The position numbers were made by a program, and so were the translations under genes. The notes beneath the pieces were generated by a model. The model was given only the letters and a program-made list of their open reading frames with translations, ran no database searches and had not been told where the DNA came from. A stretch of DNA of 62,485 nt, filler included, from Bonamia ostreae (taxonomy: Eukaryota), in assembly GCA_040357525.1 (NCBI GenBank). It is 35 parts of 35 records of this genome, joined end to end, with 100 filler letters (N's around TTAATTAATTAA, not from the genome) between each part and the next. Parts side by side here need not be neighbours in the genome. Positions count along the whole stretch, not along the records: positions 23,367 to 25,060 come from JBDODL010001440.1; positions 25,161 to 26,852 come from JBDODL010001441.1; positions 26,953 to 28,643 come from JBDODL010001442.1; positions 28,744 to 30,433 come from JBDODL010001443.1; positions 30,534 to 32,222 come from JBDODL010001444.1; positions 32,323 to 34,010 come from JBDODL010001445.1; positions 34,111 to 35,797 come from JBDODL010001446.1; 28 more parts are not named here. One strand, written 5' to 3'. Below are positions 23,495-34,839 of the stretch, piece after piece (the stretch's first letter is position 1; each line of letters starts with the position of its first letter).

Positions 23495-24991
23495 ATGAAC
23501 CCGACTAATCCTAATTTTAACCAAACGTCAAACCTTCACCCGCCAAATTTTCCCGCGCCCGGGAACCTTCAAGGAGCCGGCGGACCGCAATATTTTCCGC
23601 AAGGAGCGCCTCCCGTCTTCATGCAAAACCAGCCTCCCCAAATGTTCCAAGCTCCTTTCCATTCTCCATTGCCATTACCAAATGGCGGCCCGTTTCACCC
23701 AAACTCTTCTTTTCCGATGCAACCTTCGATGATTCCCTTCAATCCGTTAGCGATGCCCCAAATGCCATTCGCAGCGCCTTCAAGTAATAACTTCAACCAC
23801 GCTCCCTTTTTCGCCCCGAGTAATTATGGCGCGGCGAACGATGTCCCCCAAACCGATCCGGCTCCGTCGTCGGTTTCCCAGAGCGTCGCGAGCTACAAAA
23901 AAGAGGAGAATGTCGATCTTTCGATCGCCGGTTCCAGAGCCGGTTCCGTCGACGCTCCGAAAGAAACCAAAAAACTCGACTATACGCCACGCGTTTCGGG
24001 CAAATGGATCGAGTACAAAACGGAAGACGGCGCTCTGTATTATTACGACAGTTTTTCGAAAGAAACGCAATGGGAAAAACCGGGAGAGTTTTCGGCCGAA
24101 GACGATCCGGTCGACGAAGCGGACAAAAGTCCGAAGGTCGATAAGAGCGATAATGTCGGCGAAAAAGAGGTCGCCGAAAATAAAAGCGCTAAAGCGCTTC
24201 CAAAAAGCGAAAACAAAGGCCCGAAAAATGACCAGAATCCGATTTATTCGACTTTTAATCTTTTAAGTCACGAAGAATGTGTTCACATGTTTAACGGTTT
24301 GCTCGAAGAACAAAACATTCCGCATGATGCGGAATGGGCGGGGATTTTGAGTGATATAATAAAGGATACCCGGTACAGCGCGATAAAAACGCTCGGAGAG
24401 CGCAAAAAGCTGTTTTCGGAATATTGCGATAAAAAGAGGACGGCGTTTAAGAAGAAACAACGGGAAGAAATGGAAAAGAAAGTTAAAGATTTTAAAGAAT
24501 TGCTTTCGCAGTCTGAAGACCTTAGTTACAAAACTAAGTTTTCTAATCTGGAAGTTTTTAACTTTTTTTGTTTTCCGAGTTATCGTCCGTTTTTCAGAAT
24601 TTTTGGAATTTTTATATTGTTTTTGAGATTTTTTCTCTATTTAATGGCGACATATTTTTAGATTTTATGTAATTGTTTGTTTTTGTTGTTTATCGAACAT
24701 TCTTTTTGTTTTAATGGCGACAAATTTATTTCTTGTTTTCGAAGATTTGTCGTCTATTAGAATTTTTATGACAAAAATTAAAAACTGTCGAAAATTTTAG
24801 GATATTTTCGCAAACGACGCGCGCTTTCGCGGATTGAAAAACTTTGAAAAAAGGGATATTTTCACCAAATTTAGAGACAAACTTCGCAAAAAACAGAAAA
24901 AAATCGACGAAGAAAATTATAAGAAAAACGCGCCATTGTTAGAAAAAAAACTTTCGAAGTCTAAAATAAATTCGAATTCTCAATGGAACGA
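23495..24991 (+). CDS. PRPF40: PRP40/TCERG1-like WW + FF domain splicing factor, 3'-partial
   Basis: Pro-rich N-terminus. WW domain KWIEYKTEDGALYYYDSFSKETQWEKP. FF repeats FNGLLEE..W..DTRYSAIKTLGERKKLFSEY and FKELL...DARFRGL. Intron at about 24554-24800. Confidence 0.85.
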
Positions 24992-25160
24992 CGTTTGCGA
25001 CTATAAAAATTAGATTTGAACTATAAAAATTTGATTAAAAGTTTTTAATAATTATTTAAANNNNNNNNNNNNNNNNNNNNNNNNNNNNNNNNNNNNNNNN
25101 NNNNTTAATTAATTAANNNNNNNNNNNNNNNNNNNNNNNNNNNNNNNNNNNNNNNNNNNN

Positions 25161-25425
25161 ATTTTTATAATTTTATTGTTCGATTTTTATAAAATATTGT
25201 TCGATTTTTATCATTTTATTGTTCGATTTTTATAAAATTTTATTGTTCGATCTTTGTAAAATTTTATTGTTCGATAAAATTTTTATTGTTCGATTTTTAT
25301 AAAATTTTATTGTTCGATTTTATAAAAATTTTATTGTTCGATTTTTATAAAATTTTATCGTTCGATAAAATATTGTTCGATTTTTATAATTTTATTGTTC
25401 GATTTTTATAAATTTTGTTTTATCG
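25161..25425. repeat. Minisatellite, about 24-nt unit TTTTATTGTTCGATTTTTATAAAA
   Basis: About 11 degenerate tandem copies at a contig end. Confidence 0.9.
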
Positions 25426-25583
25426 AAACATTATCAACTAAAAAATTAATTTTTTCTTATTTTAAAAACGGCCGACAAATAAAATTCTTCGCGCTGTTTC
25501 TTGTTTTCCTTTTCTCTTTAAAAACGTAGCAACCCTCGTGACATATTATTCCGCAAACCAAACAAATCCGCTTTTCTTCTCTT

Positions 25584-26852
25584 TTATTCCAAAAAACAAA
25601 AAATTTTATTTCTTAAAAACCTTTTGCCAAAGCGCTCAAAACAAACAGCGCACCGCTCGTCCGAGTACTCATCGCACACATCCCAAATCCCTTTCTCGAC
25701 GACAACTTTCTCCAATAACGGCCCCAACAAAGCTTTCGAAATCCGTTCACTCCTTCGCGGCAAAATCTTCTCAAAATTCTTCGCTTTGAGCGACAGAGAA
25801 ATTTTCGCCAATTCTTCGCAAAATTTGGCCTTTTTTGCTACGACCGCTTTTTGAACTTTAAATTGTTCCGCCGTTTCAACTTTTTTCTTGTCAAATTCGA
25901 CCACATCGACATCTTTTAAATTCTCGATTCCCGCTGTCTTCAAAGAGTGGTTTGAATTTCTGTGCTGTCCCATGAAAACCAACTCGTTTCTCCTCAAAGC
26001 TCTTCTTTCGTTCTTCAGAAACTCGATTTGGGCGAATTCCAGGTTCGAGTGCGAATGGCAATAGACCGAAAATCGATTGTCCTCGAAATCGAGTTTGAGA
26101 CCGGCGAACCAAGCGCAGAGCGGGTGCATGTTCCGAGCGCAATGGCGCGACCTCATTTGAACCATTTTTCGCTTTTCGCTCTTTCTTTCCAAATAAATCA
26201 GTTTCCCGAATAAATTGGAATCGAAGGAACATTTCGTGCGAGCGGACCGACTCACGTCGAAACCGCAAATGTAACAAGCGAAATCGCTCAGTTCGGGTTT
26301 TGGGACTAGAATCGGCTGCAAAGAGATGATGTTGCCGATTTTGGCGTTGCTGCAATAAAAGAGACAGATCAAATGGGAGAACCGTTTTCGCGCTATTTTT
26401 TTAATGGCGCCGGTTTTTACGGGGCAAAGACAGCATCGCGGAAAAGAGCGCGTCTGCGAAATGGCGGATTTGGAGTCTTCGGATCTGCTCTGCAGAAAAG
26501 CGCATCGGTCGCAGAGCCAAATGGCGTCGCTGGGCAGTTTGACGGCGCCGTAACAAAAGCGGTGGACCGTTATTTCGCAAAGTCCACATTTGTGGAAAAT
26601 GTCGGATTTTTTAGAGTCTGAACTAAAACAGACGTGGCAGAATTTTTGTGGTGTTTTTTTGTGTTGGATGGCCAGACCTGGCTTTTGGGGCAAAGACTGT
26701 TGTTCGAAACCGCTAAACTTTTTTATAAGAACGTTTTGAAGTTTGAGGTGATTTGTTTCCAGCGAGTCGAATGAGCGAAGAAATGTTTTGTTTTGTGGTT
26801 CGTCTTTTTAAGGTTTTTGTTTTGTGTGGAAGTCCGAAAGTTTTGGGGATTT
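25584..26852 (-). CDS. PHD-zinc knuckle-PHD (PZP; BRPF/JADE/AF10-type) chromatin reader, internal fragment
   Basis: CHVC...CGLCEITVHRFCYG..WLCDRC, CCLCPVKTGAIK..HLIC, CYIC...HPLCAWFAGL...VYCHSH. A further CAVCFE starts before a donor. Confidence 0.85.
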
Positions 26853-26952
26853 NNNNNNNNNNNNNNNNNNNNNNNNNNNNNNNNNNNNNNNNNNNNTTAA
26901 TTAATTAANNNNNNNNNNNNNNNNNNNNNNNNNNNNNNNNNNNNNNNNNNNN

Positions 26953-27758
26953 AACAAAAAATTCGAAAAATTATTTTCGCCGAAACGCTAAAGAGAACGA
27001 TTGCAGCAAAAGTGATCACTAATGAAGAAACAGAAGTGAAATCATCACTTTCCATTTTTTTCACGTCAGGACAGTCCAATTTTATTATGTAATCGTTTTC
27101 AGCGCATTTCCTCGTTTTCGTTTCTTTATAAATATCGGGCGCGTTTGCGCATTTGTATTTCAATTCCCCGTAAAAGCTGTTCATTTGGTTTAGTCCTTTT
27201 GCTTCTTCGATGTCTTGTGGATTTGAGACAAAACAAGTGTTTGCTTTTTGTTTTTGATGTGTTAAAATTGCCAATTGTAAATTAAAAATTTTGGCATTTT
27301 TGTTACAATTTACTTTCCGCGTTTATTAATTCTCTGGTTTGTCGGAGAGAAGCAGCTTTCCCTGCGAAACAAGAGGAGGAATTGTTCGAATAAACAAGTT
27401 GATAAATTCCATTATAGCCAACCATCGACAACATTTGACACGCTTTATTTTTAGTCATTTTAAAATAATCGTATTTGTGTTTAAAATTACCGTTTGTGAT
27501 TAGCACAATTTTTGGTTCGCGTACTCCATTGTTGCATCTAAAACGAATGCTTTTAGATTTACTGTTGTTATAGTAAAAATAAGTAAGGTTATCGTTGGAT
27601 ATAGTACTCAGACTACATTCAGATTGTATGCCGCCATCCGGATCACAATCTGATACGAACGGCATATCAGTCAAACCGAAAACGTCCTTTATAGGCTCAT
27701 CACAGTTGCTCTTGATATTTCTAAATATCAACAAAAACGCGATCAGTTTTAATGTCAT
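26953..27758 (-). CDS. Cys-rich secreted/type I membrane (or GPI-anchored) surface protein
   Basis: Hydrophobic N-terminus MTLKLIAFLLIF. Ten Cys and several NxS/T sites. The 70-nt intron 27244-27313 joins both ORFs in frame. C-terminal hydrophobic segment LVITFAAIVLFSVSA. Confidence 0.7.
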
Positions 27759-28818
27759 TTTTGAAATTAACAGTTTTGTTTTTGATACTATTTGATTAAC
27801 AATATTTAATAGCGAGTGATCGTTTCAATATTTTCCGTTTTGTGCCGGGAGAATTCATCCTCTATCTTTATAAGGGAAGAAATCTGGCCAAGACATTAAC
27901 TGCGGGAATATGATTAGTTGTTTTCATAGTGGCATGACCACCTGGTCTCAACAACTGCTATAACGAGTTTTTTTTTAATTTTAATTCCATTTTTTATTTT
28001 TTCATAACAATAAAAATCAAAATTTAAACAACAAAAATTTTAAACAACAAAAATTGCTCAATAACAGTAAAATTTTCATTTATTCGTTAATTTGATCAAA
28101 AATTTAAAATTTCGTTTTTGCTGGATATTTTGCCAATTTTCGAACTTTGTCCAAATAAGTCTAATCAAATTATTTAGACAAGTCTTTTAATCATTCGTGT
28201 AAAAAGAATGATGAGAATATTTAGCAAATTCAAAAGGGATCCGCGCATTAATATAAAATGGATACGACACCCCGCTCTTACAAAACCCCAACGACTTCAT
28301 TCTTTCAAATTTAACCTCGCCATTTTGTGCACGGCAATGTGCTGCGCGATGATTTACGATAATATGCGAAAAAATAAATAGTCAAATTTTTTAGCAATCG
28401 AAATAGCCATTTTGCACCGACTTTGATCGCGCCCGTCAAGAGCTCGAAGGAACTGCAATAATTTTTTGGTACCTACTTCTAAACTTTTTTCCGTAAATAA
28501 TCATCTCGTCGTCTCTGTTTTTTCTCATCAGTCTAAATGGCTTTTCTCTTGTTCCACTTCGTTTGTGGTAAAACTACGAGCAAAAATAAATTGCAAAAAA
28601 CGATTTTGAAATTAATCAATAAATTGCAAAAATATTTTCGCTTNNNNNNNNNNNNNNNNNNNNNNNNNNNNNNNNNNNNNNNNNNNNTTAATTAATTAAN
28701 NNNNNNNNNNNNNNNNNNNNNNNNNNNNNNNNNNNNNNNNNNNGCTCATGTTTTTACATTTGTGATAAAAATAATGAAGCAACGCAAAATAAAAAACGAA
28801 CGATAGAATTTTTAAAAA

Positions 28819-30264
28819 TTAACATATTGAGAAAAAAGATGGAATCGAAAGCAGTCGAAAAAAATCTTCGAAAAAGCCGCGGAAAAAATTGAAAAAATAA
28901 AAATCAATTTCACTTCGATTATCCGAAAAACCGTTAATAAAATCATCTGCTCTAATGACATTCACATTAGTCTTCATATTTTCAATGCCCATCATCTTAC
29001 CACATTTACACTTAACCAATAAACATCCGCCTGCGAGTCTAGAATCCTTCTTATTCAAAAAAATGGCTTTGCCGGCAGACAAATGGCCACTCTTCAGTCT
29101 TATTTTTTCGTTCATTTTGTCAAAATCCTTTGCCAATCTAAATTTGTTTTCGGGCAAAAACGCCTTAAAAATTTGGAATCGCTTTCGTTTCTTCGCAAAT
29201 TTGTAAAATGCCACAACAGGCAAATATTCGTAAAAAGCCCTCCATTTATTGTAAACAGACTTTCTGTCACTATCGACAAAAGAAATATGCCCCGATCGCT
29301 TTGAGAATTTCGAATACGATTTCTTGTAAAAATTTTCTTCTTCTTTGGGCTCTATTTGTTGGGGATTAACATTTTTTTGTGGTTTCGCGATTTTATTAAA
29401 ATTTTCAGCGTTTTCAACAGCTTTTAAAATAAGTTGGGCGCCTTTTTCTGAAAGTCGTCTGTACAGAGGCCAAAAAGTTTCGTTCTGGTGAATTTTCTTT
29501 TGCGTTTAAAGTACTAAAAACAGTTTTTTGTTGGTACAATAATGACCCACAGTCGATTTGTGGCGATATCTGAATTATTGAAACACCAGTTTCAGCTTCA
29601 TTGTTCAAAATGGTGTTTTGTATTGGCGAGGCTCCTCGATACCTATCACTTATTAGTAGATTTTACTTTGGCAAAAGAGATGGATGTAAATTGATCATGC
29701 CGTATTTGAAGGAGTTAATGATATCTTTTGGTATTAAATAGCCAAATGAGACGACTACTCCGATATCGTAACCGTGTTTTGGAAGCTTTAGTAATTCAGA
29801 AAAGTTAAATCGCAATTTGGAAAAAATTGGGAAATCGACGATATTGAAAAAAAATTTGGTGGAAACTAAAAGATATTTTTATTGTTAGGTGGAAGGCGCA
29901 AACCGAAGCTGCTAAGCAAGAGATTGGAAAGGTCTCTGAAAATAAGGTGGTTTGGTTTACATTAGGAGCATGTGCGTTCCCTCCCTGGCACTGCCTCCTT
30001 TTGGGTGAGGTAAAATAAGAAAAACGTAAAAATTTGAAAGGTCAAATTTTGTTTTTGGGGGCAATTTGATGAAATCAATATTGTTTTTTGTAGCAAAATC
30101 AATCGTCGACACTTTTAAAAAATAAACTTAAAACATTGTTTTTGGGGTTGAGAATGAGGAGCGATCAATTTTAAGGATTTAACGATGTTTTTTGCGTCGA
30201 AAAGAGCAGAAAGTGCTTTGACTGCGATGTAGTCTGTACCAAAAAACATGACTTTTTTGCCCAT
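28819..30264 (-). CDS. MTFMT: Methionyl-tRNA formyltransferase (organellar), multi-exon
   Basis: KVMFFGTDYIAV, YDIGVVVSFGYLIP, GMINLHPSLLPK|YRGASPIQNTILNNEAETGVSIIQI..IDCGSLL. Introns of 22, 240, 24 and 25 nt. The 3' end is approximate. Confidence 0.92.
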
Positions 30265-30774
30265 TCAAAATATCTGTGCTTAAAATTGCTATATCAGCAA
30301 CATTTAATGTTTTTAGTCAATAAGGATTTAATTTTTTTATTTTTTAAAAATAAAAATTTGTACATTAATTTGATAATGAATACACTTTTTTGTATTTATC
30401 TATTAATTCAAACAACATTAATATTTGTTTAAANNNNNNNNNNNNNNNNNNNNNNNNNNNNNNNNNNNNNNNNNNNNTTAATTAATTAANNNNNNNNNNN
30501 NNNNNNNNNNNNNNNNNNNNNNNNNNNNNNNNNTAAAACGGCTCATCTTCGAAAACGAAGCGTCGACATTATAATGAAATGGAAAGCGGAGAGATTTAAA
30601 TCTTTATCGACTTAAAACTCCAAAAAATTGTTTAAAATGTTGATCAAAATTTACAAAAATCTCCGCTTTTCTTAAATTTTATAGACGAGGATTTGCCGTT
30701 TTGATAAAACGATAAGATTAAAAATAACAATTTTATCGCCAAAAATTATTCTTTACACAACTTAAACTGATAAA

Positions 30775-31850
30775 ATGAAGAAAAAGGGGATGAAGAGCAA
30801 AGATGCGGAGATGTCCATGGCATCGGCAAAAATTTTAGTCGAATATGTGAAATTTAGCCCTGACATCGATATTGTCAAATTTTACGAAAATTTGTTGAAA
30901 CAAAATATGTCGATTAAGTCCGCTCTCCTCTTTTTGGAGAACTGTTTGAATTTCTTGGATGAAAAATCAGATTTGATAAAATCAGATTTGATAACTCTTT
31001 TTTGGAAATTTAATGAGATTGATTTTAAGGCTAATTTCTCTGCGCAATTGTACGATTTTGTGGATTTTGTGCTGATTTTGATAAAAAATTGCAATAATGA
31101 CAAAACTTTATTTTTTAAAATTTTAAACTGTTTTCAATTCAACGGAAACGGAAGTACTGTATCCGAAACTAAAAATTATCGAATTTTATTGTGTGCGATT
31201 ATAAAGCTTTTTATTGTTATATCAGCCAAATGTCCGAATGAAAACTATTCTGAATTTTATAAATTGTTTTTGTTTCAAAGCAACAAATTGGAGAACAAAA
31301 ACATTAACTTTGGACTCTTCTGCGAGAATTCGCGATGCGAGTTCTATAACGTTCTTTACGTCACGGCGGTCATTAAAGCGATTTTTCTGCACAAAAACCG
31401 AAGAAAATGGTTAAGAATCGCAGAAAGCCATTTATCCGAAAGTTTTGGAAGCCAATTTGACATTGCAAAAATTTTAATGGTTATTTTGGCAAATTTTAGG
31501 GCGACGACAAAATGTTATCGACCTCGATGAGAGAAATATCTCGGATCACTGTGGCCGAGTTCAAAGGCGGTTTTCGAATGTCGCCGTTAAATCCTTTCAA
31601 AATCTACATAAGATTTTTCGAATTGGGGGGAATCGGCTGTTTTTTAGATTTGTTGATGGAGCAAACACTGTTTCTCGAGGCAGTTTTGCTAATTTTAAGG
31701 CTTCGAAAAAGCTCAAATTTGATTGAAGATTTTAGTGAGTTTAAAGATTTTGATTATGTTTGCGATAATTTAAGAGAAAAGTTGTTAAAAGTGAGAAAAG
31801 GATTTCCTTATTCTATAGAAATTTTGCTAGAGAGATTAAAAAGTACTTAA
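30775..31850 (+). CDS. Protein Lines (LINS1)-like
   Basis: C-terminus LNPFKIYIRFF...FLDLLMEQTLFLEAVLLILR...LREKLLKVRKGFPYSIEILLERL parallels the Lines C-terminal domain (NPH..F..LLD.L..ET.FLEY...FPYN...LL). Confidence 0.65.
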
Positions 31851-31920
31851 ATTTTGGTCGTAGCGATTAAAAAGTACTTAAATTTTGGTAGAAACGGTTA
31901 AAATGTATTTAAATTTTGGT

Positions 31921-32222
31921 CTAATGTAAAAGTTTTCCCGTCCGAGCGTTAACGGCTCTTTCAAAATATTTTGTTGGAATGACGCCGTTTATCCCTTCAG
32001 TCAAAATGACGCCATTCTCTGAAATGAAAAATTTGATTCCATCTGACATCGCCTTTTGCAGATCCAAATATATTAGCACCTCACTACTTGACCTGAACCC
32101 ACTTTTCGTTTCATTGAGATTGTCTTTTTTGGCGATATAAAATTCGATTCACATTAACGATTTACAATATTATCAAATTAAAATTAAAGCCCGAAAGCTA
32201 AAACCTCCTTTAGTAAAATGGA
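31921..32222 (-). CDS. TPT1: tRNA 2'-phosphotransferase, C-terminal part; not in the ORF track
   Basis: HFTKG|DNLNETKSGFRSSSEVLIYLDLQKAMSDGIKFFISENGVILTEGINGVIPTKYF...*. Confidence 0.9.
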
Positions 32223-34110
32223 NNNNNNNNNNNNNNNNNNNNNNNNNNNNNNNNNNNNNNNNNNNNTTAATTAATTAANNNNNNNNNNNNNNNNNNNNNN
32301 NNNNNNNNNNNNNNNNNNNNNNATTCTGTTTGTCATAAAGTTGAGTTGTAGCACTTCTACTACGACTACTACCACCACCATTAACACTACCTTCACTACA
32401 TGTAACTGCAGAATTGTAGCTCTTGCTTTGCAATCTGAATGGGGTTGGATCAGGGGCCAGATCCCAGCACAGTGTATGCCTAACGTCTAACACTGTTTCT
32501 TTCGCAAAGTTCCCAGCATTAGAAATTAACTAAAATCCTTGAAAGCATGTGTCATGCTAGGGTTTAGCACAATAAAAGACCCACACTTTTATGGCCATGA
32601 ACTACAGATGTAATAACATTTATTAAACTATATATAGGCAGTTAAGTCTAGCAGTAGNNNNNNNNNNTTTCACTCATATGGAGACGCGTGTGTATGCATG
32701 TATACTATTGTCACCGCCAGATTCTAATCTATCTTGGCTTCACTCATGCTTACTGAAGAGTTCCGATTCCTTAAAAAAAAATAGGACAACAAAAGAATGA
32801 CAGTGCGGAGTTTCACATTTATTCACATTTGCAAATTCGCATTACCGTATCGTCGTTCTCACACTTTAGCGCGATTACTCCTTTGCATCCGTTTCCCTAA
32901 TAACTTCAAAGAGCTAATGTTCTGGTCATAAAATCACACAATACAGTGGTGGATCCAGAAATCTATAAACGGGATTGCAAATGCCTAGAGGTCTGGGGAC
33001 TGTCTTGGAAATCCATAGTAGGTCCAGGGCGACGAAATAAGGTTGAGGGCAATAAGACCTATACGAATTAGAATTTTTGACATATTTCTATAAGAAATGG
33101 AATTACATTTGCATTTTTGTGAGGGGATGTGCGCCCGGCGCACCAGTACTGAAACCCCCAATGCAACGAACGTGTGTAGTTTGAATAACAGTAAATCACC
33201 TTTGTCTGTAATATTTGAGCATCTCTTGAGCTCCATAAAGCAAACATTTACAAGTCCACAGATGTCTCTCCGTGAAATTTATCGTTTCTCCAGTAAATAA
33301 CTTTATAAGCCACCTTACGTTAAATACAGCATATCTATAACTAGATACTCACCAAACAGAACATCCTTTTGAATGCAGTTACAGAGAATAATCCCTCAAA
33401 AACAAATAATGAAAATTAATGAACACAGACTAAGTGCTCCAATTATAGGTTAGTAACTAGAGAAGTGTTTCATACTAGATTCTCAATGATATTGACGTAT
33501 TAAAAGGGCGACGAGAAAGGTATATATAGATCACAATTTCGATACCTTATCTAGATATAAATAGATCAGTTCCTTTCCCTTCATAATACGGTAATGATTT
33601 GAAGAATTGTACTTCATTTATTTTTCAAAACTTTTATAGTTATAATTTCATAAATATTTTCCAAATTAGTTCCACAAGTCTTTTAAAAGTACTTCTGGTA
33701 AGATTCTAATGCATGGAATATTTTGAAAAAGTCATTCAGCCATTGTTTTTCAATATTGCTAAATAAAATATACATGGTTAAAGAAATCCAAGATTTGACG
33801 AATTATACAACACCTTAAACTGTTAACTGAATAAGATTTGTGGTTTTCATGATAGTTCATAGACATAGTATATGCCAACAACTTGTATAGAACATGCCAA
33901 ATTCTCAGGCGTCTTGAAAATATTTAAAGGGTATACGTGGAAATGTTAGATCCTATTTCATGGACCCGTGTATTGTAAATTCTAATCTTATTGATCTCCC
34001 CATTGGACAGNNNNNNNNNNNNNNNNNNNNNNNNNNNNNNNNNNNNNNNNNNNNTTAATTAATTAANNNNNNNNNNNNNNNNNNNNNNNNNNNNNNNNNN
34101 NNNNNNNNNN

Positions 34111-34524
34111 ATATTGAAAACGTTTGAAGAAAAGAATATTGACCCAGCTAGTTTAGCAAATCCTGGCACACTCGAACCTACTCCACCAGAACCTACTCCA
34201 CCAGAACCTACTCCATCCATACCTGACACTGGCTCTTCGACCAAAGCTGGTGACGTTTGCCACAAATGGGATGAGGTGAATAATGGTACGACAGAAGAAA
34301 ATTGCAACTCGTGCATTGCCGGAAAAAGCTCTTACAACTGGCCTTGCAACAAAAGAGGACTTTGCGATTGTGGACTTGAATCAAGTATAAGTTGTCATGC
34401 CTTCGATCCCGATCACACTGATGGTGTGTTCGACGGCGATTGCAAAGTGTGTGAATTCCCAAATCCCAAATACGCTGCAACATGGCCGTGCATTGACACC
34501 GTTTGTGCCTGCTCAAAAAAGTAG
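34111..34524 (+). CDS. C-terminus of a secreted-type protein: EPTPP linker plus two six-Cys 'WPC' modules (putative carbohydrate-binding)
   Basis: (EPTPP)x2-EPTPS, then C..W...CNSC...NWPC...LCDC and C....CKVC...TWPC...VCAC. Confidence 0.65.
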   Translation: MLKTFEEKNIDPASLANPGTLEPTPPEPTPPEPTPSIPDTGSSTKAGDVCHKWDEVNNGTTEENCNSCIAGKSSYNWPCNKRGLCDCGLESSISCHAFDPDHTDGVFDGDCKVCEFPNPKYAATWPCIDTVCACSKK

Positions 34525-34839
34525 AAAACAAAAGTGTAACATTAAATGTCTTGTGCATCATTAAAACCGCCATTTTATTTACGAGTTTCCATGTTTGCCA
34601 AATTTTAAATTTAGTTTCTTTTTTATTTTCTTCTTCATGACTAACAACTTTGTACCTCGTCGTAAAATTGGTTTCGGGATAATTTTTATCGCCATTTCGG
34701 CCTTCTTTTCCATTAATTTCCATTGTCATTATAGTTTTCTAACCACGAAGTTAAATGAGACATAATCAAAGCTCTATGTTTTTAAGCTTAAAAGAAGATA
34801 AAAAAAAGATAATCTATTTGATGAAAAATTGATAAAGAT

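Noticed and set aside
25161-25425. CRISPR array
   Set aside because: Head-to-tail degenerate units without unique spacers, eukaryotic context, no cas genes.
27826-27960. SECIS element, or U3/U17 snoRNA assignment
   Set aside because: ATGA-started stems lack a matching GA quartet and good pairing. U3 and U17 motif resemblances are partial and lack the other boxes.
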